From positions 60,946,001 through 61,010,000 of the forward strand of contig NC_043000.1 of assembly GCF_006345805.1 (NCBI RefSeq): DNA of 64,000 nt, given 5' to 3'. Source of the DNA: Octopus sinensis. Taxonomy: Eukaryota. Of this stretch, positions 1 through 13,495 are shown piece after piece. Position 1 is the stretch's first letter; every line of letters starts with the position of its first letter. A program made the translations under genes and the position numbers. The notes under the pieces are model-generated. The model worked only from the letters and a program-made list of their open reading frames with translations. It was not told where the DNA came from and did no database searches.

Positions 1-1070
1 GAATTCCTGATCCTGACACATAATATAGAAAGGAACACAAGGAAAGGTTCAATGTATCTCTTTCCTTATTAAATCTTTATTTTTCAAGAATAAAACCTAT
101 CATATCTGACTTAATCAATATATAATGGTTATTAGTAGCAAGTACTGTTTTGAGCCCTAGTGCCGATTACCTGGTTTCCATGGCATATAAGTGATTGAGA
201 CCACAACTTTTCCTCTTAATATGACATCAGTCCATTGCAGGGTTTCCCATTTACAGCTGAGTGAACTGGAGTAACATCAGATGAAGTGTTTTGCTCAAGA
301 GTACAATGCATCACCCAGTATGGGAATCGATAGCATAATCTTGCAATCGTGAGTACAACACCTTAAATAATGGTTGTTAACTGTTTCTAATTGGGAACAT
401 AAAGCCAACAATTGTGAGGGGAGGAAGTTAGCCAGTTATATTAGCCCCAGTATAGCCCCAGTACCTGACTGGTACACTGGTACTGTATTTTATCAATCCC
501 AGAAAGATGATAAGTGAAGTGAGCTTAGCAGTGATTGATTTCACGATTTAAAAGAGCTGGGATAAATACTTCAAAGAATTTTGTCCAATGCTCCAATAGT
601 GCTGTCCTGCCAATTCACCACCCTCTTAATACTCTCTTTTACTCTTTTACTTGTTTCAGTCATTTGACTGCGGCCATGCTGGAGCACCGCCTTTAATGGT
701 TAATAATTGTAACATTTTCTATTTTCAATCAGATGTGTGCATTCAACTCACTGCTATACTATTTCTTTTCTGAGCCACTAAGGAAACCTCCATGTGATGA
801 CTCTGCTGCTATGAAATAGCAGTCAAATTTCTTCTGAATCCCACCTTTATACTTGTAAAATAGGTGAGATGAACAAGGTTAGAATACCTATGACCATAGG
901 TATATAATCAACAGCAGCTATTTCTTTCTAATTCCTATTTTCTGCAAGATATATAAAGAATTTACTTTTAGGTAAACAAACATGTTTATTTTATATAAAA
1001 AAAAACTATCCACCCACCCCAAATGTTCAAGTATTTTGTAGCCACATTTAAAATCTATTTTGTATGTTTA

Positions 1071-2356
1071 CGAGGGGCGTTCAATAAGTAATACCCATGA
1101 CCCACTTCCCATAGGAGTAGAGCAACGAAACTTGGCACAGTTATTAGTCTTTAACTTACATAGGAACCACCCAGATTACGTATTTCTCCCATCCTTTGAT
1201 GCAGCTCTGGAGACCGTTTATGTAGAAGACCCCAGCTTGGTCCTCCAACCACGATGTGACTTCAGAAATCAAGGCTGCATCATCTGGGAAACGCTTTCCT
1301 TTCAAAAACAACTTCATGGCTGGGAAGAGGTGAAAATCAAAGGGTGCAAGGTCAGGAGAGTAGGGGGAATGGGGGAGGAGTTCATAGCCGCACACCTGTG
1401 CTTCTGATCTGGCGACAAGCGAGTTGTGGACCGGAGCGTTGTCCTGCAGGAGGAGGATGCCTTTGCTGATCTTGCCCCGCCTCTTGATGTTGATAGCTTC
1501 TCTTAATTTCCTCAAAAGTGAAGCATAATAGGCTCCTGTAATTGTGGTACCCTTTGCCCAGAAATCTGTCATCACTACTCCGTCCTGAAGACTGTGAGCA
1601 TGACCTTGCCAGCAGAGGGCTGCACCCTTGCCTTCTTTGGAGGAGGTGAGTCACGGTGCTTCCACTGCATTGACTGGGCTTTGGTCTATGGATCATAGTG
1701 ATGGACCCAGGTTTCATCCTGTGTAGTCAGTCTTTTGAAAAATTTTGATTCATCTTCTTGGCACATCTCCAAATTCATCCTCGAGCACTCAATGCGAACT
1801 TGCTTCTGAAAAGGTGTGAGCAACCTGGGAATCCATCTGGCAGACACCTTTTGCATATGCAAATGGTCATGAATGATAGTTTCCACAGACCCGGTACTAA
1901 TCTTGACCTCATGGGCTATTTGGCGAATAGTTATGCGTTGATCTTCCAAAATGGCAGCCTCATCTTGACAGACAGATGCCTCATCAATGGCAGAAGTGGG
2001 GCGACCAGATCTGGGAGCTGTTTCCACAGAGTTCCGACCATGTTTGAATTCACGATGCTAGCATTTTACAAGGTCATATGTTGAAGCATCATCACCATAA
2101 GTTACTTTCATTTCATCAAAAGTCTCCCTTGGTGTGCGTCCTTTCAAATACAAAAACCAGATCACTGCTCGACACTCAACAGGCTCCATTTCTCACTCGA
2201 CTCAGTTCAAACACCTGTAAATCAGAAACCACAATTAGTTCAGAGCTGTAATTTGCCACTTAATCTATAGAGATATAAACAATTGCACATGCAAAATTTC
2301 AGCGAGATCAAACAATTGCAAGTGGGTCAGGGGCATTACTTATTGAACGTCCCTCG
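1071..2356 (-). mobile_element. Full-length mariner DNA transposon (DD34D, probably irritans subfamily), inactive
   Basis: 37-bp TIRs (cgaggggcgttcaataagtaatacccatgacccactt vs reverse complement of the right end, 34/37 identical), TA target duplication at 1069-1070 and 2357-2358, length 1286 bp. Subfamily guessed from the CGAGGGG terminus. Confidence 0.95.
1156..2189 (-). pseudogene. Mariner transposase pseudogene
   Basis: MEPVECRAVI..., WIPRLLT, TQDETWVHHYDP, LLLQDNAPVH and YSPDLAPFD motifs, with 34 residues between the 2nd and 3rd catalytic Asp. Premature TAG at 2058-2060 and 1686-1688, frameshift near 1585-1590. Confidence 0.93.
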
Positions 2357-2897
2357 TACCTTATAATACAATACGCTTGCTTAATTACATCTGCCATTCA
2401 TCACTTATTATGTGGTGTGGTGCCATCATTTCAGATATGATAGAATATGTAACTAGAGCAAAATAGTTTCAACAGCTGGGTACTATAATTTAATGTCATA
2501 CAATTGATTTCAAATTAGCCTTTGTCAGTTTAGATGTCATTCAATTACATCTTTCAATTTAGTCAATATCTAACTAGCATAGGATATGTTGAGTGGGCAT
2601 TGAATATGTAAAAGTAGGTACAGGAGTATCTGAGAAGTGGATCTGTTGACTCACCCTATATGAGCATGATTCATTTTTCTCTCCATAAGCTTTTTGTCTA
2701 TATCATCTGCCTCAGCAAAATGTCTGTGATAATAGACTGAGTTCCTGTTCAGTTTACCAATCTTTCACAATACTCTTTACTTGTAAAGATATTTCTCTCT
2801 CTAATAAGGAACACTAGGTTGGTGAAGATAACTTCATTGGGGTACTTTCAGGCAGTGAAATATCATCTTATACAGTACACATCCACATTCTTTACAT

Positions 2898-2907
2898 AAG
2901 AGAGAGA

Positions 2908-3002
<95 letters not shown>

Positions 3003-3057
3003 AGAGAGAGAGGGAGAGAATGAGAGAGAGAGAGGAGAGAATGAGAGAGAGAGAGAG
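2898..3057. repeat. (AG)n microsatellite
   Basis: Direct reading. Confidence 0.98.
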
Positions 3058-3339
3058 GTGGGTATCTCCATGTGGTGCCTGTATTGATGTTAGGTTTTCC
3101 AAGGAATGATGCAATGAGAGCAACCTGATTCTCACATCTTTTTGGGGCAGTAAGCTAACAACCTAATTATTCATTGTCATCTGCAACTCATGCATAGGCT
3201 TTCACACTGCACCACATACAATTAATGGCTGCATGTCAGAATGTGCTGAATGATTCTCAACTCATAGTAATGCAGATCCATGTGCCGGATCCTGCTCTTT
3301 CATTGTAATCCCCTCAATTCCCTAGTATGAAGCTGACCT

Positions 3340-3585
3340 CTCTACTTCCCTCGGGGCCTGTAGTCCTGTGAATTGCATGGCAACTTCAACAGTACAGGTC
3401 ACATGAAAAAAGCACCCAATCCATGCTGTAAAGTGGTCAGTGTTAGGAAAAACACGCAACAGTGAAAACCATGCCAAGCAGACATTGGAGCCAGATGCAG
3501 TCCTTGAACACGTCAGATCCTGTCAAACCATCTAGTCCATGCCACCATGGAATAAGGGTGTTAAATGACGATGATGATGATGATT
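3340..3585 (+). mobile_element. SINE/LINE-tail family E ending in (GAT)n
   Basis: aaaaagcaccca...gttaggaa...ccatgcca..atggaa...gttaaatgacgatgatgat. Related copies at 31405-31535 (-), 49490-49680 (+) and a tail at 44305-44375. Confidence 0.72.
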
Positions 3586-4727
3586 ACAGAAGTATGGTAT
3601 ATCTGAAGTTATGGATCTATGGTTTGTACCTCGATGTTCAGTGCAGATACTAGCTATGTTTCATAGGTCTTCTTGATCTGAGCTGACATACTGCACAACT
3701 GTAGCTGAAAGTGATTTCAATCTTAGGAACATCCTTGTCACTTGAACAGATCAAATGCAATTGAGAAGCAATAAACTATAGTATCTATGAACCAATGAAA
3801 GAATCTTTATATAGTCAATTGATCTGCTACAAATAGCAGTCATATCTCCCTCAAACCACAACCCAGTGCTCCTACATTTTCCATCCATCCATCCATCTCC
3901 CTAGACTGGTACTTTATTCTTCTGACCTGGAGGAATGAGAGGCAAAGCTGACCTCAGCAGGATTTGAACTCAGAACATAAACAACTGACGCAAATATCAC
4001 AAGGTATTTTGTCAGACATTGATCACTTGCTTTAATCTTACATATAACATTAAGAGACAATATCTAATTTCAAAACACTTTTTCTAATAAAAGTCAAACC
4101 AAAATCCAGATTTATAGAACTGTACACCTCCCTTTGAAATAGCATAAAAATCTTAAAACAAAACCAATATATTAAAAAGACTTGAAAATCTTAATTAAGT
4201 CAAGCAATTATTTGACTGCTACTATCAGCTTATTTTTAAATCTGTTTTTGTCAAAGTTTTGTTATGTAACCAATTTTTTTAAAAGCATAATATAAGCTAC
4301 TCTATTCTATTAATATGAGATCAGTCTAAATTTTCTGAATTTACGTCATTTCATTTAGTAACTGAACTAGCAAACTCGCTTGGTATGCAATGCTGGGAAA
4401 GCATATAAAGAATTGATTTGCTTCTGGCTGATCTGAAAATGGCAAATGAAGAAACACCCAGAAAAAGGCAATGCATAGATCTATGCATGTGGTTTTGTCA
4501 AATGTGATTCCTCGAGTATTGGCAGAGTGAAATGTCACCTTTTAGCCAGTAGATTAACATCCCAGTGTTGCAGCATAATCTTTGCAGTTACTATATTACA
4601 TACATTGAAACATTCCAAAGCATAGAAATAAATAAATAAACAATAAGTGAATAGCACTTAATGAATGATGTAATAGAAGTAAAGTAACCCAGAACAGATA
4701 CTATAAGAAATAATACATTATATAATA

Positions 4728-5119
4728 CTAGCAGTATCACCCGGCATTGCTCAGGTTTGCTTCGATCCTTTAGAATTGGAATTTTTGAAAAGTAAAAATT
4801 TTGCATTATGTAGCTTGTTATTCTCTTTAAGTGAACATTTTTCTGGTTGAAATACACCGAAAAATGGTGACACAGCTGTAAAAATATCGTAAAAAATAAG
4901 GACTTTCATAGAAAAAAAGCACCTTTTTGGTGTAAATAATTGTTGGTGTTAACATGGTCCGATTTGAATTTTTTCTTCTACAGAAGGAAGAGCAAGCCTC
5001 TTTCTATCACACTCTCAATTTTGGTCAAATTGTGCCGCAGGGTCTCGGAGGAAATAGTGTTAGTTGAAGGCTACCAAACATGCCATACACAGACAACTTC
5101 AGCTTTATATATTTAGAGA
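4728..5119 (-). mobile_element. Non-autonomous Helitron (copy 1)
   Basis: On the minus strand starts A|TC and ends with a GC-rich hairpin (cctgagcaatgccggg) followed by CTAG|T. Highly similar to 51533-51923. Confidence 0.8.
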
Positions 5120-5530
5120 TTTGCATAATCACTCACTGAGCAGTGTCACAGTAGAAGCATGCTTCGGCTCATAACCATAGATTGAAACTTCATTTTGTGA
5201 AGAAATGTATACTATTTTTGATATATATATACATCAATTATATAGTTGTATATATACCTACAGTAGTTACAATTTATATTATGCAATAGGAGTTTATGCA
5301 TGGTCAAGAGGGTCGCCACATGATTGGGATACATCAAAACCCAAATAGTGTAAGTGGGCAGAGACAAAAATAGGATGACATGCTAAAGTGACTACCATTA
5401 TGTTTATCAGACAGCTGTTTGTTCTTGTCTCTATAATTACAGCTAACTTAAAGAATATAGAATTTGGAATATGCCATAAGGCTTGATATGGCTGAATGTA
5501 TTACATCTTTGTCTATTATCTGTCTTTTGT

Positions 5531-5968
5531 CTTTTACATGTTTTAGTCATTTAGACTGTGGCCATGCTGAGGCACTGCTTTGAAGAATTATTTTAACCGA
5601 ATGCATTGAAACTAGTACTAATATTTTTAAAGCCTGGTACTTATTCTATTAGTCTCTTTTGCTGAACTGCTAAGTTATGGGGATGCATACACACCAACAC
5701 CAGTTGTCAAGCAGTGTTGGGGGACAACCACAGAGACACACACAGTACGCATGCCTACACACACACGCACACAGACACAGACACACACACACATACATAC
5801 ATACAATGAGCTTCTTTCAGTTTCTATCTACCAAATCCGCTCACAAGGTTTTGGTCAACCCAAGACTATAGTAGAAGACACTTGCCTAAGATACTACACA
5901 GTAGGACTGAACTTAGAACCATGTGACCGGGAAGCAAACTTCCCTTCTTACCACACAGCCACGCCTGT
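5531..5968 (-). mobile_element. SINE family A copy (diverged)
   Basis: Collinear similarity to the young family A copies. Confidence 0.85.
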
Positions 5969-6299
5969 ATTTATCATGACATTTTGTTTTATCAATCATT
6001 CTACACTCACTCTATACACACCACACACTCATACATACATACATATACACAGTAGGGAAAAGGACATTTTGTTTCAGATGTTTATCTGTTAGTACAGTTA
6101 ATGGTTTGTTTGCTTATACCTGTATAGGTATGTGTAAAAATAAATGTATAAGATATATTGCAGTAATACACAAACATCTGTGTGCATTATATATGCACAT
6201 GTCTACACACACATATAGTGTACGGACATGTATGAATATTGCCTGTTCATATGTGTGCATGTATGTGTGTGCGTCTATATATGTGAGGATTACAGGTAA

Positions 6300-6575
6300 G
6301 TGGAGGCGCAATGGCCCCGTAGTTAGGGCAAAGGACTCACGGTCGGAGGATCGCGGTTTCGATTCGCAGACCAGGCGTTGTGTGTTTATAGAGCGAAAAC
6401 ACCTAAAGCTCCATGAGGCTCCGGCAGGGGGTGGTGGTGACTCCTGTTGTGCTCTTTCGCCCTAAATTTCTCTTACTCTCTCTTCCTGTTTCTTGAGTAA
6501 CACTGTAACGGACTGGCGTCCCGTCCAGCTGGGGGGGGGGGAACACATACGTCACAGAAACCGGGAAACTGAGCC
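6300..6575 (+). mobile_element. tRNA-derived SINE family C
   Basis: A-box-like ggcgcaatggccccgtagttagg, B-box-like gtttcgattcgc, tail ggactggcgtcccgtccag...cagaaaccggg. A head-only copy lies at 22304-22376. Confidence 0.82.
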
Positions 6576-6577
6576 TT

Positions 6578-6933
6578 AACATCTGGTTTTCTAACTCCCC
6601 AGACTACAACCCCCTTGATTATTATGTGTGGAGCGCAGTTGAGCAAGAGACGCAAGAGAACAACAAAACTTGCAACACTAAAGATGAACTGAAGGCAAGG
6701 ATTATGGTAGCATTCACCAACTTAAACAAAGAGACCACCCAGAAGAATTGCAGAGATTCCAAAGTCGTCTAGAGGCCATGGTTGAAGCCAATGGTGATTT
6801 TATTGAATGAATTTATTCTTTAGTATTTCAAGATATTTTTATGTAATTTTAGTAAATATATCTGTTAAAATGAGATGTCAGTGTTTTTTTCATTTTTGTG
6901 TAATTTAGATGACAATTTATTCACCGCACCCTG
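6578..6933 (+). mobile_element. 3' fragment of a Tc1/mariner-superfamily transposon (maT/DD37D-like) with right TIR
   Basis: Translates NIWFSNSPDYNPLDYYVWSAVE...RLEAMVEANGDFIE*, followed by a TIR-like end ...caccgcaccctg. Confidence 0.8.
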
Positions 6934-9194
6934 TGTACATACATATACATATATATGTATATGTGTGTGTGTGTGTGTATTCTCATCACCTTCTGCTCCT
7001 CTCCACCAAATACACCACAGAAATGCCCACATAACTTGTTTGTCCTTCGGACTGGTAAAAAGAGGAAAAAATCCCTCAGTGGTCATCCACTAATGTTATA
7101 TTGTCTGAAGAGATGAATCAATGATGATGATCAACCAGATGCCCATGGATATTATGGGCCACACTATAATTATCCAAGGAATATGGACTGTGATCTTAAA
7201 AGTAATGTGATTTGTGGAAACATGCGTTGTGATGCATTAAATATTTATAAATTTTATCTTAGGATTATTGTTATTATTATTATTGTAGTTATCCTACATT
7301 ATATTAGTATAACTTGATGCAGCCCTGAAAAACTAGCTCACTAGTCAGCATCATTAGATGGTGGCTGGCATAATGAAATAGGAGCTTTATTTGCATATTC
7401 AAAATCTTACCATAAACAAATTTAAAAGATATCTATATATGTATGTATGTGTGTATGCATGTATTTGTATATGTGAGTATGTTTGTTTGTGCATTTGTGT
7501 ATGTGTTTCAACAACATTTGCAATCATCAAAGCTTGGAGTGTAGGTGGCTCTTCTATGCTCTCTTATCATTTTTGATTATGCCAGTTATGTCAGACAGTG
7601 TGAGTAGACTCCTGTGGCCTTCTCATAGTGCAGCATAGCTAATTCTGTGTTGGTGAGAGAGAGAAAATGAGAGAAAGAGGAGGAGAGAGAGAAATGAGTG
7701 TTGTAGGGGTGGGGTGGAGAAAGACAAAATGAGCCCCCAACATTTGGCTAGTACATTATTTTATGACTCTGAAAGGCTGAAAGGAAAAGTTGATTTCGTT
7801 GTGATTTCACCTCAGAGTGTGGACGTCCAGGAGAAATACCACAAGGCATTTTAACTGATACTCTAGCAACTCTGCCAATTCATTCATCACTTCACACACA
7901 CACACATACACGTTTTCCTGTACATGTGTATATATATGTTTGAATTAATATAATTGCTATTAATTTTTAATTTTTAAACTCACTAGACACCTTATGGTAT
8001 CAAATTACATTGATTAAAAGCAAATATTCTACTGAATATGATGATAGTCATTTACTATCATTAATATTTCCTGAAGTATGTGATAATTTGTAACATTATC
8101 AAACAAAGCAGGAAAGACATATGTTACAGTTGATTAACTAAAAACCAATCCTGGTCTAGCAGCCAGCACTATCATCAAAGATATTCTAACTATACTGATT
8201 CCTGTCTGAGTATATAGGACTAAATTATCTAATGTGTGTCTGTTTCTTAAGACAAGAGGGTGTGAGTTGAAGAAGATTTAGCTGCTATTTCTTGCAGGTT
8301 CAGTAAGTATGTAGATATCCTATGCTAGTTCATGAAAAAAGTAAGGCTACCTTCCTGGCAGAGAATCAAGTCCCAAGATGGGTGGGGTTAATTACCACAT
8401 TACTACTGAGAATTAGGTTAGGAAAGGCAATAAAAATGGTAAAAAGCTTAGGTTTATAATTGATAAAATTGAAATCTAAATTATAAATTCAAGCTATTCA
8501 TTGTAATCATGGATAATGTTTACAAGCAGTTATTGTTTTTAAAGTTGGGTCCCAAACACACTTAGGACATTATTATATTCTCTGCTTAATGTTACCAGCT
8601 GGTTATTTTTATCTAAAATAGTTCCATCTCAAAGTGGTCACATGTGGCTTCCATTATTTTGGGGCTTACCTGTTGCAGTTCTTCATAAATATGTTTGGGA
8701 AATGTGTGAATGAAGGGTTTTTTTTTTCCAAGACTCTGCAAGTGTGCTCTCACATATGTTATGCAAATAGGGCACAAATGAAATTACATTTTGTCCCTAA
8801 AACATTAAATATAGGTCATTCTCAACCAAACAGCTATAATCAAAAGCATTCCAGCAATGTCCCTCCCATTTATTTATTATTTTCATATTTATTCTGTACT
8901 GAGTTACAGACACTCCCTTTTCACTGTCACCATCATGAATGCAGTGAACCAATGATCAATGCCTTTGGAAACCTGTTTTCGATTGTGATATAAAAAAATA
9001 TTAGAAACAAAACAGCAAAGAAAAATGGTCTTGCTTGAATTGGTTTCTGTGTCTAACCTAACCTAACCTTTCTTGATTCAGTTTAATTGTAATATGTTTC
9101 ATTGAAATAATCTTTACTTAATGCTGGAATCAATCTGTCAAATATTATTGATTGAAAATGTTTTTAATTATTTTTAAAACAGAAACCGACCTCA

Positions 9195-9560
9195 CCTATG
9201 GTCATGTATGTTGGGTACCAAAAGTATGATTGTGAATACAAATGGCCGAAATGGGATTCTTCTGAAAGATCTCTAGAGTAACATTGCTCAACAGGGTGTG
9301 TAGTTTGGAGATTTGGGAGTCTCCCCAGGTTGAGCTGCTCCTTTTTCATATTGTGAGGTCACAGCTTTAGTACTACAGACATGTGATTAGAATGTAACAG
9401 GAAAGAATAGCAAGATAGATTCCTTAAGCTGAACCAACTGGCAGATCTAGCAACAAAACAAGAATGAGATGGCTGGATAATATCCATTGTCTCAGTTGGT
9501 CATGCTTGGGAATCTAGATGGAAATTGTAATGATGGTTGCTTCTGAAAGTACCCTACAGA
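9195..9560 (+). mobile_element. Decayed RTE-clade (Rex3/Expander-like) LINE 3' end
   Basis: AEMGFF*KISRVTLLNRV...LLFHIVRSQL*YYRHVIRM*QERIA...RMRWLDNIHCLSWSCLGI, with many stops. Confidence 0.8.
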
Positions 9561-9684
9561 GGAGATATCTGAGATATCTATACCCTGAACTCTCCCAGAA
9601 ACTGGAGAAGATGGCTCGATGGCTGCATGGTTTTGCTTAATTGGACCTCTGCTGGGGCTAAAAAGTAACACCATTGAGAAACAA

Positions 9685-9870
9685 TGGTTTCAAATTTTGG
9701 CACAAATTTTGAGGAGAGGGGTACGTTGATTACATTCACCCCAGTGCTTGACTGGTACTTATTTTATTGACCCCAAAAGGATGAAAGGCAAAACAGAATT
9801 TGAACTCAGAACATAAAGACATGAAATGCCCCTAAGCAGTGTGATAACAATTCTGCCAGCTCGTTTTTAC
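9685..9870 (-). mobile_element. SINE family B copy
   Basis: Body motif gaccccaaaaggatgaaaggcaaa...tttgaactcagaac. Further diverged copies at about 385-610, 3903-4025, 7730-7880, 10285-10390, 30675-30830, 49775-50090, 51440-52040 and 62520-62705. Confidence 0.8.
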
Positions 9871-11728
9871 CATTAAGAAATAATGATAATATAATGAATC
9901 AGTTCTATTGCTTAAACATCCAACAAAATATTATCTCCCTCCCTTTTTTATCATTTATTGTTAGTGTGGGATATAGAGTCAATTTGGAGAAGTTAATAGA
10001 GGTTATGTTCAACTTAGCAAGGCCTCTATCAATCAAGGTTAACCTTATATAATCTGCATGTGGAAAGTTCCTCTGAAGAAGAAGGCTTAGGTGAAGTGTT
10101 TTATTGAAGACCAGCAGTTGCCCAAACAGAAAATCTCACTTCCCTATTCCAACTTCAAAGAAAATGCTGGGACTGGTATAACTTGGCCAGTGACTGAAAC
10201 CACAAAGAGCTGGATCAAATACAGAAAAGTATTTCATCCAATGTTGTAATAGTTTCATCAACCCACCCTGGATTCTTTCTTAATTTTATTGACCTCAAGA
10301 AATTTGAAAGGCAAAGTTGACCTTAGTGGGATTTGAACCTATAACATAAAAAGCTGGAATAAATACTGCTAAGTGTTTTGTTAGACACTGTAAGACAAGC
10401 ACAGGCAAGTATTTTCAAGAAGTGGGGTGCATGAGACATCGTTCCTCAACAGGCTGATTGCACTACTAAAAAAAAAACTGAGGGTAATTTTTCACTAGGC
10501 ATGCCAGTCAGAAAGTCTTGTGGGCTGCAGGTTACCCATGACTGTTCAAATGATTCTTTCAACCCACCTGTTTACCTTGAACTTTTCTATTGAAGGTAGA
10601 AGAAAAATACCAAGGTGAGTGGAAAGATGATCATAAAAAAGATGTGTTGCATTCAATATTCAGCAAGCACAAGTGAGGTTTGTTGTTTTTATACACAGTT
10701 GTGGTAAGTGGAAGGAAAAAGGGTAGACAAAGGATTGAAACATGGTTGTGTAGTTTAAAATGTTATTTTGCAACCATATGGTTCCAAGTTTTGACTCATA
10801 GTGTAGTACTTTGAGCAAATGTTTTCCCCTATACTTGTTGAGCAAAACCTTCTGTGTAAAATTTAGAAGAAGGAAAGCTGTGGGAAGTCCATCATATTTG
10901 TGTGAAAGTGTATGAATGTATGTGTATGTGGGAAGGGTATATTATTCACTGATGCATATCAACAAAAGATGTAAACATCAGCATGAAAGCCAATAAACTA
11001 GTGCATAACATATGTGATAGGTCTCTCAAAGTGCACTGATTTCTAGTTTTTCCCACCATTGTTTACCTCCTTTGCTGATATGTGTTGATGAAAGATGCAT
11101 ACATATATAAATATACACATTCACACACATACACATTCACACACAATATACATGCACACACATATATTCTTGCAGGTGGCAAGTTCAAAGGAACAAGGTC
11201 AGGCCACTTTGAATAGAGAACTCAAATTTAGAAGTCTGACCACTGGTCTCTATACAGTTTTTGTATCCCAAATTATAATGATCAACCTGGGGGGCTAAGG
11301 TGGGATAGAACACGAAAACCACTTGGTCATGTACCACATTGCTCAACCACACAATCAACCAAACCTTCTCCCATATTTAAAGACATTGTCAAACTATGAC
11401 CATTCTGTCCTATTTTAGGATGGCTTATTTAAATCTAGATTGTCAAATGTCACCCTTCTATTCACTTTTTTTTTTCTTTTTTGTGACTCAATTATATTAA
11501 AATACAATCATTGGCTCTAATGTTGTGCAAATCAACTCCTTGCAAAGGATTCATTATGCCTTGTGCCTTGAGAGTAAATTCAGGAGAGCAGAATGCTAGC
11601 AAAATAAACTATAAATAATCAACTAAAGACAACGGGAAAATCACTACAGTGTGTTTCTCATGAAAACTCATGAATTTTCAAACTTTAGCATGGAGATCCA
11701 CTCATGTAGGCTTAGCATATGAAGTGTT

Positions 11729-11761
<33 letters not shown>

Positions 11762-13458
11762 ACCAGGGTAATAGGAAAAAATTTTGACATTTTACCATTC
11801 AAATGCAATGTAATATTGTCAAATGTAATGCTTATTCATTGACATTGTTTTAAATTAATCATGTATTATCTCATAGCTTTGATATTTCAATGATGTGTTT
11901 TGTTTATTTTTAGAATGACGTTGTAGGGTAGGTGTAAGATGCTGGATCTGACCAGTTTGAACATAAAACGGGCAGAATATTTAGGCTGGATATGGCCAGC
12001 TTAAATGATAAGGTGTTAAATCCTTTTAAAAATAGTTTAGCATTTTATACTCTTCTGTAAATCCAGTACTAGGACCCCCGACTATCTCCCAAAAAAAAAC
12101 TGTGCCTTAAGTATGCGCATTTGTTTAATGGCTTTGTTTAATGAGCTTTGTTTAATGGTTAATGCAGCCCTGATTGCTTCTCCTACAGTATTCGAACCTT
12201 ATGTTTGTTTAATCAAAAGAAATATTTATTGAATTGAATCTTTTCTTTCAGCCTGTTACGTTCACAGTTCAAACACTTTGGGACTGATAAAATATGCACC
12301 AAAAAGACATTGTGATTGATTCAATTAGCCATGTCAGCTCCCTCAGAAATAATAATAAAAAAAGAGGGTCTTGTGCTTAGTCATAAGAAATAATAATTTT
12401 TTTTACTTTCATCCTTTCATGTTCTCAGTTCGAATACTGCTGCTGCTAGTGGAGTTGCTTTTGTCTTTAATTCTTTTGGAATCAATAAAACGAGAAATAG
12501 AATACATAGTTTCTTTCAATATATTGGGTATCACTTTCCGTACAAAAATAGGCCAGCATATACCTTATTGAAAGAAATCATTATTTCTAATTTGAGTAGA
12601 TTTTGTTATCTTAGCACATTTTCTCAATATATTTATACAGTTGGTTCTTCGGTATGTTTATAGTTGATTAATTTCTGTATATTTCTCTGAGGCTCTCTCT
12701 AAAATATTGTTTTCATCATTCTTTGTTGTAGTTATTGTCATGAAACAGTCACCTATTTATTGATTGATTTTTTCCCTTCTCAAATTGTAATTCTCTTCAG
12801 GAAAACAGAAGATTCCATATTGTGAGCTCACAGTTAAATTTCTTCTTTAGGAGACCTAATTATTTTAGTTTGCTGCTACATTCTTTTTCAATTTTATTCT
12901 GCTTTTTTCAGTGACTGTCACATTCACTACATCATAAACTTTTTCATACCCGTAATATTCATTTAAAAATATATTATTCTCCATTGTTAAACTAATTTTT
13001 CCTTTATTTTTAATGAGAAATCCTCTTCTAATAAACTATTGATTAATACTTTCCAAAATTTCTTGCTAGTGAAAGGCGTTTTTTTTTTTTGGTTATAACC
13101 TTTCTATAGATCTCTTCTTCACTCTCTTACAGAATTCTACAATAAATCCCTGTCAGTTTGGATTCTAAGTATCATTTAGTTATCTATCACGAAGATCTCA
13201 AAGAATAAATACAATTAACAAAAGAAAAGTTAACAAAATGTTTTGATTTCATTGTATATTTTAGAATGAGATGTAAACTGGAATATATTCTGGGTTGATG
13301 GCATAAAACCAAATATAAGCTAAAAGTGACTCGGTTTTGATATAACTGTGTCACCCCCCCAAAAAAAAAACAAAAAACAAAAGAGGATTTTGGAATAAAT
13401 CAGTATTTATATGTATATATATATTTGTGTGTGTGTGTGTTCATATATATATTTATAT

Positions 13459-13495
<37 letters not shown>

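Noticed and set aside
6300-6375. tRNA-like sequences here and at the heads of other SINEs
   Set aside because: They have A/B boxes but no complete cloverleaf and continue into SINE bodies; not tRNA genes.
7121-7265. Open frame DAHGYYGPHYNYPRNMDCDLKSNVICG, faintly CUB- or lectin-like
   Set aside because: No convincing splice acceptor and the similarity is only impressionistic.
11800-12020. Possible piggyBac-like MITE end (…atgataaggtg-TTAA)
   Set aside because: Only one degraded end is visible and no partner TIR was found.
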